Source of the DNA: an uncultured Actinomycetota bacterium
Lineage (GTDB): Bacteria; Actinomycetota; Actinomycetes; JAHEKZ01
NCBI GenBank assembly: GCA_963829525.1
Contig: CAWHIJ010000003.1
Span: forward strand, 32,001 to 96,000
Length of the DNA stretch: 64,000 nucleotides
Direction: 5' to 3'
A model generated the notes under the pieces. That model did no database searches and had not been told where the DNA came from. It was given only the letters and a program-made list of their open reading frames with translations. Position numbers and translations under genes: made by a program. Of the stretch, positions 47,048-59,153 are shown piece by piece (position 1 is the stretch's first letter; every line of letters begins with the position of its first letter).

Positions 47048-49151
47048 GTGAGTTCCGAGTCCGACGCTGCCCTTGAGCCACTGCCAGCCGACCGCTTCTC
47101 CGACCGTGAGTTGTCGTGGTTGGCGTTCAACCAGCGTGTGCTCGAGCTCGCCGAGGACACCGCGGTCCCGCCATTGGAGCGCGCCAAGTTCTTGGCCATC
47201 TTCGCAAGCAACCTCGACGAGTTCTACATGGTCAGGGTCGCCGGACTGAAGCGACGAATCGCCGCTGGTATCGCGGTGCAGGCGGCCAGTGGCCTGACCC
47301 CGCGCGAACTGATGAAGCGGGTCCACGACCGCACTCGCACCTTGATGTCGCAACACGCCCAGGCTCTTCGCGACCTCATGCCAACACTTCGAGAGGGCGG
47401 CATCGAGATCCTGCGATGGCGTGACCTCGACGTCGACGAGCAGAAGGCGATGGGCAAGCTTTTCGACGACCAGATCTTCGCGGTGCTCACTCCGCTCGCC
47501 GTCGACCCCGCGCACCCCTTCCCCTACATATCCGGTCTCTCCCTCAACCTCGCCGTCGTCGTGCGCAACCCGAACACCGGCCAAGAGCATTTTGCCCGTG
47601 TCAAAGTGCCACCGACGCTCCCACGCTTTGTCCCACTCGACGGCGGTGAGCACTTCGTCCCACTCGAAGACGTCATCGCCGCCCATCTCGACTCGCTCTT
47701 TCCCGGCATGGAGGTGCTGCAGCGTCACACCTTCCGGGTCACGCGTAATGAGGACGTCGAGGTCGAGGAGGATGAGGCCGAGAACTTGCTCAAGGCGCTT
47801 GAACGCGAGCTGTCACGTCGGCGGTTCGGCCCTCCAGTACGCCTCGAGGTCGAGGAGACCATCGACCCGCACGTGCTCGAGCTGCTCATCGAAGAGCTCG
47901 ACATCGACCACAACGAGGTTGTCACCGTGCCGTGGCCGCTCGACCTCACCGGCCTGTTCGCCATCGCCGGCCTGGACCGACCGGAACTGCTCTACCCACC
48001 GTTCGTCCCCATGACGTCGTCGGAGCTGAGCGAGGTCGAGACCAGCGATGCGCCCGAGATTCTTCGAGGTCATGCGCAACCGTGACGTCCTGCTGCACCA
48101 CCCGTACGACTCCTTCAGCACGAGCGTTCAGGCCTTCCTTGAAGAGGCCGCTGACGACCCGAACGTGTTGGCCATCAAGCAGACGCTGTACCGCACCAGC
48201 GGTGACTCACCCATCGTGCACGCACTGATCAACGCGGCCGAGGCCGGCAAGCAGGTGTTGGTGCTCGTCGAGATCAAGGCACGCTTCGACGAGCAGGCCA
48301 ACATCCGATGGGCACGCAAGCTCGAGCAGGCCGGTTGCCACGTCGTCTACGGGGTCGTTGGCCTCAAGACGCACAGCAAGCTCAGCATGGTCGTGCGCCA
48401 GGACGAGGATGGTGTGCTGCGTCGCTACACCCACATCGGTACCGGCAACTACCACCCCAAGACGGCCCGGCTGTACGAAGACCTCGGGCTGCTCACCTCG
48501 AGCGCTGCGGTCGGCGACGACGTCAGCAAACTCTTCAACGTCCTCACCGGCTACTCACTCACCACCGACTACCAGCGCCTGCTCGTCGCTCCTCACTCGG
48601 TACGCACCGGCCTGGTCGAGCGCATCGATCGTGAGATCGACAACCACCGCCAAGGACGGCCAGCGACGATCCGGTTCAAGGTGAACTCGATCGTCGACGA
48701 GCGCATCATCGATTCGCTCTACCGTGCCTCACAGGCCGGTGTCCCCGTTGACGTCCTCGTTCGGGGAATCTGCGGGATCAAAGCGGGCGTCCCCGGACTG
48801 TCGGAGAACATCCGGGTGCGGAGCATCCTCGGACGGTTCCTGGAGCACTCGCGGATCTACTGGTTCGAGAATGACGGTGAGCCGGACGTGTGGATCGGCA
48901 GCGCCGACCTCATGCACCGCAACCTGGACCGCCGCGTCGAAGCCCTTGTGAGCATCACCGGTGAAGCCCACGTTGCCTCACTCGGTGCGATGCTCGACCT
49001 CTCCTTCGACCCCGGGACGGCGTCCTGGCACCTCATGCCCGATGGCGAGTGGCAGAAGGTCAGCCAGGACGCCGACGGAGAGTCGCTCGCTGACCTTCAG
49101 GCCGAGCTGATCTCACTGAAACGCCAGTCCCGTCGCTCTCCACTTCGATGA
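47048..49151 (+). CDS. ppk1: Polyphosphate kinase 1 (frameshift ~48050)
   Basis: [66 protein letters not shown]. Confidence 0.95.
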
Positions 49152-50689
49152 CGGCGCCTACATCCACCACCGAGGTTGAGCGCAAGCTGACCGTCCCGGC
49201 GTCCTTCGACCTCGACGACATGACCGCGGGCCTGGCTGCAATCGGCGACGTGACGCGTGAGTCGCGGCGCAACCTCACAGCGGTGTACTACGACACCGAG
49301 GACTTCGCACTTGCGCGATCGCGCGTCACCCTCCGTCGTCGCACCGGGGGTGATGACTCCGGGTGGCATCTGAAGCTGCCGCCGGTCGACTTGGGCTCCG
49401 ATGCACGGGAGGAGGTCGTCCTTCCCCTGACAGCGGGACGCCCCGGTCGAGTGCCCAGTGCCCTCACCTCCGCCGTCGTCGCCCTCATCGGTGGCCAGCC
49501 GCTGCTTCCGCTGGCCACACAGAAGACCCGGCGCACGCCCTATGTCGTGCATACACCTGACGGCCAACCTGGGGTGGAGATCGTCGACGACCTGGTAGCC
49601 GTCACGGAGGGCCCGCAGTCAGGGACGGAGTACCGCGAGGTAGAGGTCGAGGTGCTGAGTGCGGCCGACCTCCTCGAACCGGTCGTCGCTCTGCTGACCG
49701 CTGCGGGCGCCGTGCCATCGTTGTCCCAGAGCAAGGGGATCAAGGCGCTCGTCGGAGACACCGCACTGGATCCACTCATCGAGATCGGCGAGCGGCCTCG
49801 TCCCAAGGACCCCGCAGCAGACGCCGTCAGGTTTCACGTACGCACCCAGGTGACCGCGATCATCACCCAGGATCAGCGTATTCGTCGACACCTTCCGGAC
49901 TCGGTTCACCAGTACCGCGTCGCTGCCCGACGTCTGCGAAGCGTCCTGCAGGCATTCGCCCCGCTCGTCGACGACGAGTGGGCGCGCGAACTTCGCACCG
50001 AGCTCGGCTGGATCGCATCCGTGCTCAGCCAGTCACGTGACCGGGAGGTGCTCGAGGCCCGCCTGGTGGAGGCGGTGCGCGCGCTCCCTGCCGAGGCTGA
50101 TGGAGCAGCCGCACTGGTCGTGATCCAGCGGCATCTCGACTCCGAGCTCGTCGAGGCGAAAGCGTCGATCGCAGCAGCAATGGAGTCGCCGCGCTACCGC
50201 GACCTGATGGCGAAGCTGCACGCCGCCGCGGCCAGCCCTCGCACGACAGAGCTGGCCAACGACAAGGCATCAGCGGTTCTTCCCCCACTGGCCAAGGCCA
50301 GCTGGCGCAAGCTCGCCAAGCAGGGCCGCCGGCTGCACGACGAGCTGGAGGGCCATGACGACCACTGGCACCGCACCCGGATTACCGCCAAGCGGGCGCG
50401 CTACACCGTGGAGGCCTGTGTTCCGGTCTTCGGTGGGCCGGCCAAGAAGTTCGCCAAGCAGCTGGAGTACGTCACCGAGCTCCTCGGCGAACACCAGGAC
50501 GCTGCGATCGCCGCCGAGCTCGTCCAGCAGCTCGCCACGACAGCACGCGGAGCCCGCGCACCCTTTGCACTCGGTGTTCTCTTTGCCCAACAACGCAGCC
50601 GGGTTGCCGACACCCGTCGAGAGTTCGTCGATACCTGGCCGCGAGTTGCCCACTCGGGGTGGCGCACCTGGATGGAGCCGAAGGCATGA
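49148..50689 (+). CDS. CYTH + CHAD domain protein
   Basis: [22 protein letters not shown]; [30 protein letters not shown]. Confidence 0.92.
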   Translation: MTAPTSTTEVERKLTVPASFDLDDMTAGLAAIGDVTRESRRNLTAVYYDTEDFALARSRVTLRRRTGGDDSGWHLKLPPVDLGSDAREEVVLPLTAGRPGRVPSALTSAVVALIGGQPLLPLATQKTRRTPYVVHTPDGQPGVEIVDDLVAVTEGPQSGTEYREVEVEVLSAADLLEPVVALLTAAGAVPSLSQSKGIKALVGDTALDPLIEIGERPRPKDPAADAVRFHVRTQVTAIITQDQRIRRHLPDSVHQYRVAARRLRSVLQAFAPLVDDEWARELRTELGWIASVLSQSRDREVLEARLVEAVRALPAEADGAAALVVIQRHLDSELVEAKASIAAAMESPRYRDLMAKLHAAAASPRTTELANDKASAVLPPLAKASWRKLAKQGRRLHDELEGHDDHWHRTRITAKRARYTVEACVPVFGGPAKKFAKQLEYVTELLGEHQDAAIAAELVQQLATTARGARAPFALGVLFAQQRSRVADTRREFVDTWPRVAHSGWRTWMEPKA

Positions 50690-51612
50690 GCCGGTCGCCG
50701 ATCGTTGCGGCCGGGTGTTTGGTCACACGAGACACCGCCGGTGGCACCGAGGTGCTCCTCATCCACCGCCCGCGGTACGACGACTGGTCGTTGCCCAAGG
50801 GCAAGGCGGACTCAGATGAGCACCTGACGTTGACCGCCGTTCGCGAAACCCTCGAGGAGACCGGTCTGGTGGTGGCACTGCGCCGCCCATTGCCGATGCA
50901 TAGCTACCTGTTCGAGGGCGTCCCGAAAGAGGTTCACTACTGGCGCGCTGTCGTCGTCGAGGAGACCGAGTTCGTTCCAGGCGACGAGGTCGACGAGATT
51001 CGGTGGCTCTCAGTCGACAAGGCGGCAGCCAGGGTCACCCGTCCCGACGACGCGCTTCTGATCAAGCTCGCGGACGACCCACCCGGCACACCGTTTCTCG
51101 TGCTCCGGCACGGCAACGCGGTGAAGCGCGTCGACTGGCCCGGCGACGACGTCGACCGGCCGCTCGACGCCTCCGGAGTGGCTCAAGCCGACGGCCTGGT
51201 GGGGCGTCTTGCGGCGTACGGCGTCCAGCGGGTCCACTCCTCCGCTGCCCGCCGTTGCTCAGACACGGTTCGCCCCTACTCACTTGACGCGGGTGTGCCA
51301 CTCGCCTCCGAGCCGACACTCACCGAAGTCGGCTTCGCGTCAGCGCCCGAGGCCGCGCTCGAGCGAGCCGCAGGCCTCTTGGCCGACGTCTGGCGCTCAC
51401 ACGAGCCAGCCGTCCTCTGCGGGCACCGGCCCTACCTGCCGGTCCTCGTCGACCACTTGGTCGAGCTGTGCCCTGGAGCACCATCGGCCGATCCTTGGGA
51501 TCACCCGCTCCCCGACACAATGCCGACGGCGTCCATGACGGTTCTCCACGTCCACCAGGACGAGCGCACTGGTCAGCCGGTCACTGTGGCTCTGGAGCAC
51601 CAACGGGCCTGA
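50686..51612 (+). CDS. NUDIX hydrolase + histidine phosphatase domain (MutT1-like)
   Basis: HRPRYDDWSLPKGK, AVRETLEETG; LRHG, RPL. Confidence 0.9.
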   Translation: MSRSPIVAAGCLVTRDTAGGTEVLLIHRPRYDDWSLPKGKADSDEHLTLTAVRETLEETGLVVALRRPLPMHSYLFEGVPKEVHYWRAVVVEETEFVPGDEVDEIRWLSVDKAAARVTRPDDALLIKLADDPPGTPFLVLRHGNAVKRVDWPGDDVDRPLDASGVAQADGLVGRLAAYGVQRVHSSAARRCSDTVRPYSLDAGVPLASEPTLTEVGFASAPEAALERAAGLLADVWRSHEPAVLCGHRPYLPVLVDHLVELCPGAPSADPWDHPLPDTMPTASMTVLHVHQDERTGQPVTVALEHQRA

Positions 51613-51616
51613 GCCT

Positions 51617-51718
51617 GTTCACCTTCTGCGGCCTTGTTCACCTTCCGTTCACCTTCTGGACGATGATCGTCCACCGACGTTTCGCACAATCGATAGGTGC
51701 CGTAAACCGACCGTTCAC
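51617..51718 (+). promoter_or_regulatory. PHO-box (PhoP/RegX3-type) direct repeats upstream of pstS
   Basis: GTTCAC at 51617, 51636, 51647, 51713; GTCCAC 51669; GTAAAC 51702; five of these share an 11-bp register. Confidence 0.75.
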
Positions 51719-51803
51719 CGGCTATCTCCTGCACGGTCATTGGGCCTCCCTAACGTCACCGCGACAGCAGTCAGAAGTTTCCTCGAACGGAAGGTCCACG
51801 CAC

Positions 51804-52793
51804 GTGAAACGCATCCCTTTGCGCCGGGTCATCGCACCGGCCGCAACAGTCGCGGCCCTGGCCCTGACCCTCGCCGCTTGTGGCGGCGACAACAACGACG
51901 GTGGCACCGACACCACCACCTCTGGGCTGAGCGGCTCAGTGCTGGTCGACGGATCGAGCACGGTCGGACCGATGGCCGAGGTGGCCAACGAGCTCTTCGG
52001 TGAGTCCAACCCCGACGTCAAGGTGACCGTCGGCGAGTCCGGCACCGGCGGCGGCTTCGAGAAGTTCTGCGCCGGCGAGACCGACATCAGCACGGCATCG
52101 CGTCCGATTGAAGATGACGAAGCCGCGATCTGCGAAAAGAACGGCGTCAGCTACCAGGAGCTGGTCGTCGCCAACGACGCCCTCACCCTGGTGATCAACA
52201 AGGACAACGACTGGGCAACGTGCCTCACGGTCGAGCAGCTCAAGACCATTTGGGAGCCGAAGGCCGAAGGCAAGATCACCAACTGGAACCAGGTCGACCC
52301 GTCGTTCCCCGACCAAGAGCTCACCCTGTTCGGCGCCGGCACCGACTCCGGAACGTTCGACTACTTCACTTCCTCGATCAATGGCGAAGAGGGTGCAAGC
52401 CGCACCGACTACTCGCCGACCGAGAACGACAACAACACCGTCACCGGTGTTCAGGGCAGCGTCGGCGGGTTGGGCTACTTCGGCTACTCGTACTACGAGC
52501 AGAACGCCGACACCTTGACCGCTGTCCAGGTGGACAACGGCGACGGTTGCGTGGCTCCGAGCCCCGAGACCGTAGCCGACGGCACCTACCAGCCGCTCTC
52601 CCGCGAGCTGTACATCTACCCGTCGATCGAGAAGGCGGCCGGCAACGACGCCGCGAAGGCCTTCACCGAGTTCTTCGCTGAGAACGACTCGACGATCGCC
52701 GAGACTGCACAGTTCATCGCTCTCAACGATCAGCAGAAGTCGATGCTCGACTCTGAGCTGGCCGACTTCCAGTCGGCGGTGGACGCGGTCTGA
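51804..52793 (+). CDS. pstS: Phosphate ABC transporter substrate-binding lipoprotein
   Basis: LAAC lipobox, DGSSTV, SGTGGGF, ASR, DSGTFDYF. Confidence 0.93.
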   Translation: MKRIPLRRVIAPAATVAALALTLAACGGDNNDGGTDTTTSGLSGSVLVDGSSTVGPMAEVANELFGESNPDVKVTVGESGTGGGFEKFCAGETDISTASRPIEDDEAAICEKNGVSYQELVVANDALTLVINKDNDWATCLTVEQLKTIWEPKAEGKITNWNQVDPSFPDQELTLFGAGTDSGTFDYFTSSINGEEGASRTDYSPTENDNNTVTGVQGSVGGLGYFGYSYYEQNADTLTAVQVDNGDGCVAPSPETVADGTYQPLSRELYIYPSIEKAAGNDAAKAFTEFFAENDSTIAETAQFIALNDQQKSMLDSELADFQSAVDAV

Positions 52794-52795
52794 CC

Positions 52796-53761
52796 GTGAG
52801 TTCACTGTCGTCGACGACCGTCGACAAACGCGCTGTTGCCGCAGGGGCCGAAGGGTTCCTGCGGCAACAGCGCGCCCGGAATGGTGAGCGGGTCGTCTTC
52901 GTCGTCCTGCTGATGGCAGCGCTGGTGTCGGTGGCCACCACGGTGGGCATCGTCATCTCGCTGTTCGTTCCGGCTTTTCAGTTCTTCCAGGAAGTCCCAC
53001 TTACCGATTTCCTGTTCGGCACGACGTGGAGCCCCACATTTGCAAACCCGGGCTTCGGGGTGCGGCCGCTCGTAGTCGGCACGCTGCTGATCACCGTCAT
53101 CGCGAGCATCGTTGCGCTGCCGCTCGGCCTTGGCTCGGCGGTCTACTTGTCGGAGTATGCCAACGACCGTGTACGACGTACGCTCAAACCAGCGCTGGAA
53201 GTCCTCGCCGGAATTCCCACGGTCATCTACGGCTTCTTTGCCCTCACACTGGTCACCCCAGTGCTCCGGTGGCTCATACCCGGCGATGCGGAGGTACCGC
53301 AGATCTACAACGCCCTCTCCGCCGGCTTGGTCATGGGCGTCATGATCATCCCCACCATCGCCTCGCTCTCCGAGGACGCCATGTCAGCGGTCCCCAGTGG
53401 GTTGCGACAAGGTGCGTTCGCCCTTGGCAGTAACCGCCGGCAGGTGTCCACCCGCGTCGTGGTCCCCGCCGCGCTGTCCGGCATAACTGCTGCCTTCGTC
53501 TTGGGGATCTCACGCGCGATTGGCGAGACGATGATCGTGGTCATGGCAGCGGGCCTGCAGCCGAACACCTCGTGGAACCCGCTGGAGATCCACCAGACGA
53601 TGACCGCGTTCATCGCATCTACCGCGGCCGGCGACATCGCGACTGGCACGACGATCTACAAGACGATCTTCGCCGTTGGGGCGCTTCTCTTCGTCATGAC
53701 CTTCGTCATGAACATGATCAGTATCCGTCTGGTGCGCCGGTATCGGGAGGTGTACGAATGA
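52796..53761 (+). CDS. pstC: Phosphate ABC transporter permease
   Basis: YLSEYA, LAGIPTVIYGFF, SRAIGETM. Confidence 0.95.
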   Translation: MSSLSSTTVDKRAVAAGAEGFLRQQRARNGERVVFVVLLMAALVSVATTVGIVISLFVPAFQFFQEVPLTDFLFGTTWSPTFANPGFGVRPLVVGTLLITVIASIVALPLGLGSAVYLSEYANDRVRRTLKPALEVLAGIPTVIYGFFALTLVTPVLRWLIPGDAEVPQIYNALSAGLVMGVMIIPTIASLSEDAMSAVPSGLRQGAFALGSNRRQVSTRVVVPAALSGITAAFVLGISRAIGETMIVVMAAGLQPNTSWNPLEIHQTMTAFIASTAAGDIATGTTIYKTIFAVGALLFVMTFVMNMISIRLVRRYREVYE

Positions 53762-54663
53762 CGATCACCGAACCTCCCCCTTCCCCAGCCACCCCCGCCG
53801 CACGGCCGCTCCTCAAGGCCACCGGCGAACCGCTCCGTGAGCGCGCCTTCAAGTGGATGCTGTGGTTCTGCATGGCCGTGGGACTGGTCACCCTCGTCGT
53901 CCTACTCGTCTACGTGTTCATCAGGGGATGGGGTGCACTAGACACCCGGCTCGTCACGAACATGCCGTCGTCGGTGCTGCCGGAGACCGCTGGAGCACAG
54001 TCAGCCATCACCGGCACGCTCTGGCTGATGGCCTTCACCGCCCTGTGGGCTCTACCGACCGGCATCCTGGCCGCCATCTACCTCGAGGAGTACGGCGACC
54101 CCACCCGTTGGTACAACCGGCTGATCGAGATCAACATCCTCAACCTCGCCGCGGTGCCTTCCATCGTCTTCGGGATCCTCGGACTCGCCTTCATCTCGCG
54201 CGGTCTCGGCTTCGGACCCACCGTGTTGACCGGCTCAATCACTTTGGCGCTGTTGGTGCTCCCGGTCGTGGTGATCGCCAGCCGTGAGGCCATCCGTGCA
54301 GTGCCCCAGTCAATTCGCGCCGGGTCTCTGGCGGTGGGGGCCACGCAGTGGCAGACCATCTACCGCCAAGTGCTGCCCGCAGCGATCCCCGGCATCGCGA
54401 CCGGCGCCATCTTGGCCCTCTCCCGAGCCATCGGAGAGGCGGCGCCGCTGTTGATGCTCGGCGTCTCATTCGTCCGCTTCAATCCCGACGGCTTGATGAG
54501 CACGTTCACCGCGCTCCCCGTGCAGATCTACAACTGGACCACCGAGGCCAGGCCTGAGTACACCACCCTGGCGGCAGCTGCCAGCGTCGTCCTGCTGGTC
54601 CTGCTGCTGGCCATGAACTCGGTCGCCATCTACATCCGAAACAAGACCCAGAGGCGGTGGTAG
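53758..54663 (+). CDS. pstA: Phosphate ABC transporter permease
   Basis: [26 protein letters not shown]. Confidence 0.95.
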   Translation: MTITEPPPSPATPAARPLLKATGEPLRERAFKWMLWFCMAVGLVTLVVLLVYVFIRGWGALDTRLVTNMPSSVLPETAGAQSAITGTLWLMAFTALWALPTGILAAIYLEEYGDPTRWYNRLIEINILNLAAVPSIVFGILGLAFISRGLGFGPTVLTGSITLALLVLPVVVIASREAIRAVPQSIRAGSLAVGATQWQTIYRQVLPAAIPGIATGAILALSRAIGEAAPLLMLGVSFVRFNPDGLMSTFTALPVQIYNWTTEARPEYTTLAAAASVVLLVLLLAMNSVAIYIRNKTQRRW

Positions 54664-54667
54664 CTCC

Positions 54668-55627
54668 ATGAGCATCCCGAAGAACCCCCCGGGCCCATCG
54701 TCAACCAGTAGCGTGTCTACCACCGGTACACGCATCCGCGTCAACGAGTCGCCAGCAGGAGCCATGACCGAGTCCACGCCCGACCTCCCCGTCTCTGTCT
54801 CTGTCGCTGCGAGTGCGGCGAACACGGGAGACGGTGCCGGCCGCGCGTTCGAGTCTGTCATCACGACACGCGATCTCTCGGTCTACTACGGCAGCTACCA
54901 GGCTGTTCGCCACGTCGACATGAACTTTGGCAAGAACCGGATCACCGCCATGATCGGACCGTCCGGCTGCGGCAAGTCGACCGTACTGCGCTGTTTCAAC
55001 CGGATGAACGACCTGATTGCCGGTGCTCGCGTCGAAGGAACCATCACGTACCACGGCCAGGACGTCTACGCCGAAGACGTCGACACCATCGAGGTCCGTC
55101 GTCGAGTCGGCATGGTTTTCCAAAAGCCCAACCCGTTTCCGAAGTCGATCTACGACAACATCGCCTACGGCCCTCGGGTCAACGGGTGGAAAGTCAGCTC
55201 CATGGACGACGTCGTCGAGGAGGCACTCACGCGCGCTGCACTCTGGGACGAGGTAAAGGACAAGCTCAAGGAGAGCGCGCTGGCGCTCTCCGGTGGACAG
55301 CAACAGCGGCTGTGCATCGCCCGATGCATCGCCGTGCAGCCAGACGTCATCTTGATGGACGAGCCGTGCGCCTCATTGGACCCGATCGCCACCTCGAAGA
55401 TCGAAGACCTGATGCGCGAGCTCGCCGACGACTACACGATCATCATCGTGACGCACAACATGCAGCAGGCGGCTCGCGTCTCCGACCGCACGGCGTTCTT
55501 CACCGCCGACGTCGATGACGAGGGTGTTCGGCACGGCCGCCTTGTCGAGATGGACTGGACGAACCAGATCTTCACGAATCCTTCCGATCCCCGCACCGAG
55601 GGCTACATCTCCGGCCGCTTCGGCTGA
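54668..55627 (+). CDS. pstB: Phosphate ABC transporter ATP-binding protein
   Basis: [48 protein letters not shown]. Confidence 0.96.
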   Translation: MSIPKNPPGPSSTSSVSTTGTRIRVNESPAGAMTESTPDLPVSVSVAASAANTGDGAGRAFESVITTRDLSVYYGSYQAVRHVDMNFGKNRITAMIGPSGCGKSTVLRCFNRMNDLIAGARVEGTITYHGQDVYAEDVDTIEVRRRVGMVFQKPNPFPKSIYDNIAYGPRVNGWKVSSMDDVVEEALTRAALWDEVKDKLKESALALSGGQQQRLCIARCIAVQPDVILMDEPCASLDPIATSKIEDLMRELADDYTIIIVTHNMQQAARVSDRTAFFTADVDDEGVRHGRLVEMDWTNQIFTNPSDPRTEGYISGRFG

Positions 55628-56062
55628 TCGTCGCGGGCAAGCCTGGGAGCCAGCGCGGCGCAGCCGATCGCAGCCACCAGGGTTGGCACGGCGATCACGG
55701 TGGTGACGTCAGGCTCGAGCACACCCACCGTGTGAGTGACGTACTCCCACAGCGTGAAGACAAGTACCGGTACCCCGCCAGCAGCGGCGCCGAGGATCCG
55801 CTGCGTCGTAACCGTTTGTCCACGATGGGCTGCACGCTGCCAGCGATACACCGCTGACTGCTCCAAGGAGCAACCCGAGCGCAGCTCCAACGCCGACGAA
55901 GAGCACCAGCCCGAAGAGGGAAAGCGGCTCACTGCCGAGCACGGAGGTGAAGACCGACAACGCCCCGATCATGATGAAGTACAGCGTCCCCGCCGCCAGC
56001 CCGAATGGCACCGTCGTCCGCCAAGCAAGCGTCGTCCTGCCACGCAAACTCGGCGTCGACAT
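55603..56062 (-). CDS. Small membrane protein (probable frameshift ~55810)
   Basis: Two hydrophobic halves in different frames. Confidence 0.5.
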
Positions 56063-56083
56063 CGTTGGGGTTCCTGGCCGACG

Positions 56084-56401
56084 TCAAGCGCAACTGACGC
56101 AGTGGGTCGACCAGAAGCGCGCCTCGAGGCGGGCCGGTGCAATCGGCGTCCCACAGGTGTCGCACACGCCATAGGTTCCTTCAAGCACCTTGGCCTCTGC
56201 GCGGTCGATCTCAGCGAGCATCACCTGGAGCCCGTCGTGGGCAGCGACCTGGGTGATGCGCTCGACAGCGATGCTGGTGCCGTCCCCAACACGCTTGCCG
56301 AACGAGATCCCACCGGCGTCCGGCGTGGGAGTGGTCAGCTGATCGAGCTCAGCCACTACCTCGGCGCGCTTGGCACGCAGCTCGGTCAACGGTTCGGTCA
56401 C
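56084..56401 (-). CDS. TraR/DksA C4-type zinc-finger protein
   Basis: GTYGVCDTCG.PI..ARLEA....HCVSC; TACCGT six nt upstream of GTG. Confidence 0.88.
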   Translation of the reverse strand: MTEPLTELRAKRAEVVAELDQLTTPTPDAGGISFGKRVGDGTSIAVERITQVAAHDGLQVMLAEIDRAEAKVLEGTYGVCDTCGTPIAPARLEARFWSTHCVSCA

Positions 56402-56480
56402 ACAGTGACGGTACCTTAGCCTGGTCAGTCTCGGCGGTGCTGCCTTTACGGCTCTCGCCAATGCCAATCCAGGGAGTCTC

Positions 56481-57086
56481 ATGCGTTCGCTTCGCGTCAC
56501 CGCCGTTGCCCTCATCGCGTCCTGCGCAATCGTTCTGACCGGATGCAGTGGCAATGACGCCGAGCCAGCGGCCGGCGATACCACTGCCTCAGCAGGGACT
56601 TCGGCCACCCCCGACGCCAGTGAGTCAACCACTGCGGACACCACTGACAGCACTGCTACCGCCGACGCGGGCGACCTCGCTGACTTCCCCACCGTGGATG
56701 GTTTCACCTACACCGAGCTTCCAGGCGCCGCCTTCAAGAGCCTGAACGCGACCCTCAAACAGACGCCGCAGATCGAGGGCGTCGAGGCCAAGCTCATCGA
56801 GAAGAACGGCAACGAAGCAGGACTGATCATGCGCATGTCCATCGACCCGCAGGCGGCCAGCATGCCGGGCTTCGAAGAAGGTTTCCTTCCAGGATTCGCC
56901 GGAGGATTTGCGGGAAGCAACGCTGCGCCCGACTACGAGGACATCAACGGGACCAAGGTCGTCGTGATCGACACCCCCGACCAGACCGGCACCGCCTACG
57001 CCTGGCTCGAAGGCTCCGTCGCGACGATCCTGGTCTTCAAGGAAGCCGCCGATGCCGAGGCCTTCGCCCAAGGCGCCCTCGCCTAG
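56481..57086 (+). CDS. Hypothetical lipoprotein
   Basis: LTGC lipobox, Thr/Ala/Asp linker. Confidence 0.75.
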   Translation: MRSLRVTAVALIASCAIVLTGCSGNDAEPAAGDTTASAGTSATPDASESTTADTTDSTATADAGDLADFPTVDGFTYTELPGAAFKSLNATLKQTPQIEGVEAKLIEKNGNEAGLIMRMSIDPQAASMPGFEEGFLPGFAGGFAGSNAAPDYEDINGTKVVVIDTPDQTGTAYAWLEGSVATILVFKEAADAEAFAQGALA

Positions 57087-57096
57087 AGCCGTATCC

Positions 57097-58722
57097 GTGA
57101 CACGCACCACTGCCGACCGCGTCCTCGACGCGCTCGCTGACGCCGGCGTCACCACAGCGTTCGGGCTTCCCGGCGTTCATAATCTGCCCTTCTGGCACGA
57201 GCTCGACGAAGCCGACACGCACCCAAGCGGAATCCGGGTCATCACCGTCCGCCATGAACAGACTGCGGCCTACGCCGCTGACGGGCTCGCACGCGCCACC
57301 GGAGGACTCGGCGTCGCGCTCGTGACATCGGGCCCGGGTGCGGCCAACACCCTGGCTGCGTTCGGTGAGGCGGCTGCCAGCGGAATCCCGCTGCTCGTCA
57401 TCGCGAGCGACGTTCCCGAGTCGCTGCGCAATCGCGACAACGTACGGGGCCTGCTGCACGAGTCACCCGACCAAGGCGCGTGGTTCGCGCCACTGGCAAA
57501 AGCGGTCCTGCAACCGCGGACGGCGGCCGCCGCAACCGCAGCAATCACTGACGCGATCATCGCCGCAATGAGTCACCCACGAGGACCGGCCTTCCTCGGC
57601 ATCCCGTCTGACGTCCTGCGGGCGCAAGCTCCGGAGGCTCCACCAGCGATCGTTACACCCCCTCTGGCGCCAACCACCGGTGACGTGACCGCAGTCGTCG
57701 ACTTGCTGCAGCGATCGCGACGACCCGCCCTTTGGGTGGGGGGAGGCGCTGTCTCCTCAGGGGCCGACGTCGACATGCTCGCCTGGCGACTCGGCGCCCC
57801 GGTCTTTGCCACGTACGCCGCCCGTGGCGTACTCCCACCCGGCCACCCGCTGCTCGTCGATGTCCCGGCCATGGAGCCACGAGCAAGCGCGCTCCTGGAC
57901 GACACCGACCTGTTGCTGGTGCTCGGCTCTGCCCTCGACGCCATGACGACCGCAAACTGGTCGCTGCCGCGGCCGTCCCAGGTGATTGACGTCAACCTTC
58001 GGCCCAGCGGCGCTTTCGACCCCGACCTCACTGTCGTGGCGGACGCCGCCGCATTCGTCGACGCCATTGCACTGCGGCTCGGCGGACGCGAGCCATGGGC
58101 CGACTCTCCCTTCCTGATCCGCGACACGGTCCGTACGGCCGCAGCAGCCGACGCCCGCGCGCGTGAAGCGGTCGCCATCGTCGACGCTATTGAGCGCACC
58201 TGGCCACCAGGCAACCCGGTCGTCTGCGACATGGCCGTTGCCGGCTACTGGGTCGGCGGCTATGCCAAGGTGCACGGACCCCGCCAGCTGCTCTACCCGG
58301 TTGGTTGGGGAACCCTCGGCTACGGGCTACCTGCCGCGCTGGGAGTCGCTGCCACCGGGACCCCGACCCTTGCGGTTCTGGGCGACGGCGGCCTGGCCAT
58401 GGGCACCGGCGAGCTGGCCACCCTGGTCCAGGAAAACCTTCCAGTGACTGCTCTCGTCGTAGCCGACGGCGGCTACGGGATGCTCCGCTTCGATCAGCAA
58501 CGAGGCGGCCACCGCGAACGCGGAGTCGACCTCAATGCGCCCGACTGGCCCGCACTCGGCGCGGCGTTCGGCCTGCCGGTCGAGCAGCCGGCCACCCCCG
58601 ACGACCTCAGGGACGTCCTGGCCAAGTCTGCTGTGTCAGGCGCGCCACGCCTCGTGGTGTACAACGCCACCCTCTTCCCCCCACGATCGACGTCGCCCCG
58701 GTGGGCCGATCCGGCGCCTTAG
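57097..58722 (+). CDS. Thiamine-pyrophosphate-binding enzyme (acetolactate synthase-like family)
   Basis: FGLPGVHN, RHEQTAAYAADG, TSGPGAAN, GDGG TPP motif. Confidence 0.9.
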   Translation: MTRTTADRVLDALADAGVTTAFGLPGVHNLPFWHELDEADTHPSGIRVITVRHEQTAAYAADGLARATGGLGVALVTSGPGAANTLAAFGEAAASGIPLLVIASDVPESLRNRDNVRGLLHESPDQGAWFAPLAKAVLQPRTAAAATAAITDAIIAAMSHPRGPAFLGIPSDVLRAQAPEAPPAIVTPPLAPTTGDVTAVVDLLQRSRRPALWVGGGAVSSGADVDMLAWRLGAPVFATYAARGVLPPGHPLLVDVPAMEPRASALLDDTDLLLVLGSALDAMTTANWSLPRPSQVIDVNLRPSGAFDPDLTVVADAAAFVDAIALRLGGREPWADSPFLIRDTVRTAAAADARAREAVAIVDAIERTWPPGNPVVCDMAVAGYWVGGYAKVHGPRQLLYPVGWGTLGYGLPAALGVAATGTPTLAVLGDGGLAMGTGELATLVQENLPVTALVVADGGYGMLRFDQQRGGHRERGVDLNAPDWPALGAAFGLPVEQPATPDDLRDVLAKSAVSGAPRLVVYNATLFPPRSTSPRWADPAP

Positions 58723-58850
58723 GTCAGCCTTCGGTGAGTGAAATGCTGCGATCACGGTACGGATGAAAGGTGGAGCGGAGGTGGAACCTCGGCTCTGTTG
58801 ACGGCGTCTTATCAGTCTCGCCCTTGACCGGGCCAGACCGCGGAGGTGCC

Positions 58851-59099
58851 ATGAACTGGGATATCGAGGCCGGTTGCCAGTCGATCGACCCTGACGTCTT
58901 CTTCCCTGATCGCCCCTCGGACCGCGCTGCGGCCGCCAAAGCGATCTGTCGGGGATGCCCGGTCCGCACGCAGTGCCTGGAGTTCGCCCTCGCTGCGCGA
59001 CTCGATCACGGCGTGTGGGGTGGGCTGAACGAGGTCGAGCGCCGGTCGCTTCGTCGCTCACGCCAGCGCAAGGCTCGCCGAACTGAGGCTGCTGCCTGA
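58851..59099 (+). CDS. WhiB family Fe-S transcriptional regulator
   Basis: C..DPDVFFP, AKAICRGCPVRTQC, GVWGGL..ER; GGAGG RBS. Confidence 0.93.
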   Translation: MNWDIEAGCQSIDPDVFFPDRPSDRAAAAKAICRGCPVRTQCLEFALAARLDHGVWGGLNEVERRSLRRSRQRKARRTEAAA

Positions 59100-59153
59100 A
59101 CCCACCCGATGGGCCGATGACTCACCCCCTGGTGCACCCCTCACACTTGGGGG

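Noticed and set aside
42461-49151. glnR and ppk1 as pseudogenes or programmed frameshifts
   Set aside because: Both halves are fully conserved, no slippery site is apparent, and similar indels occur throughout the window.
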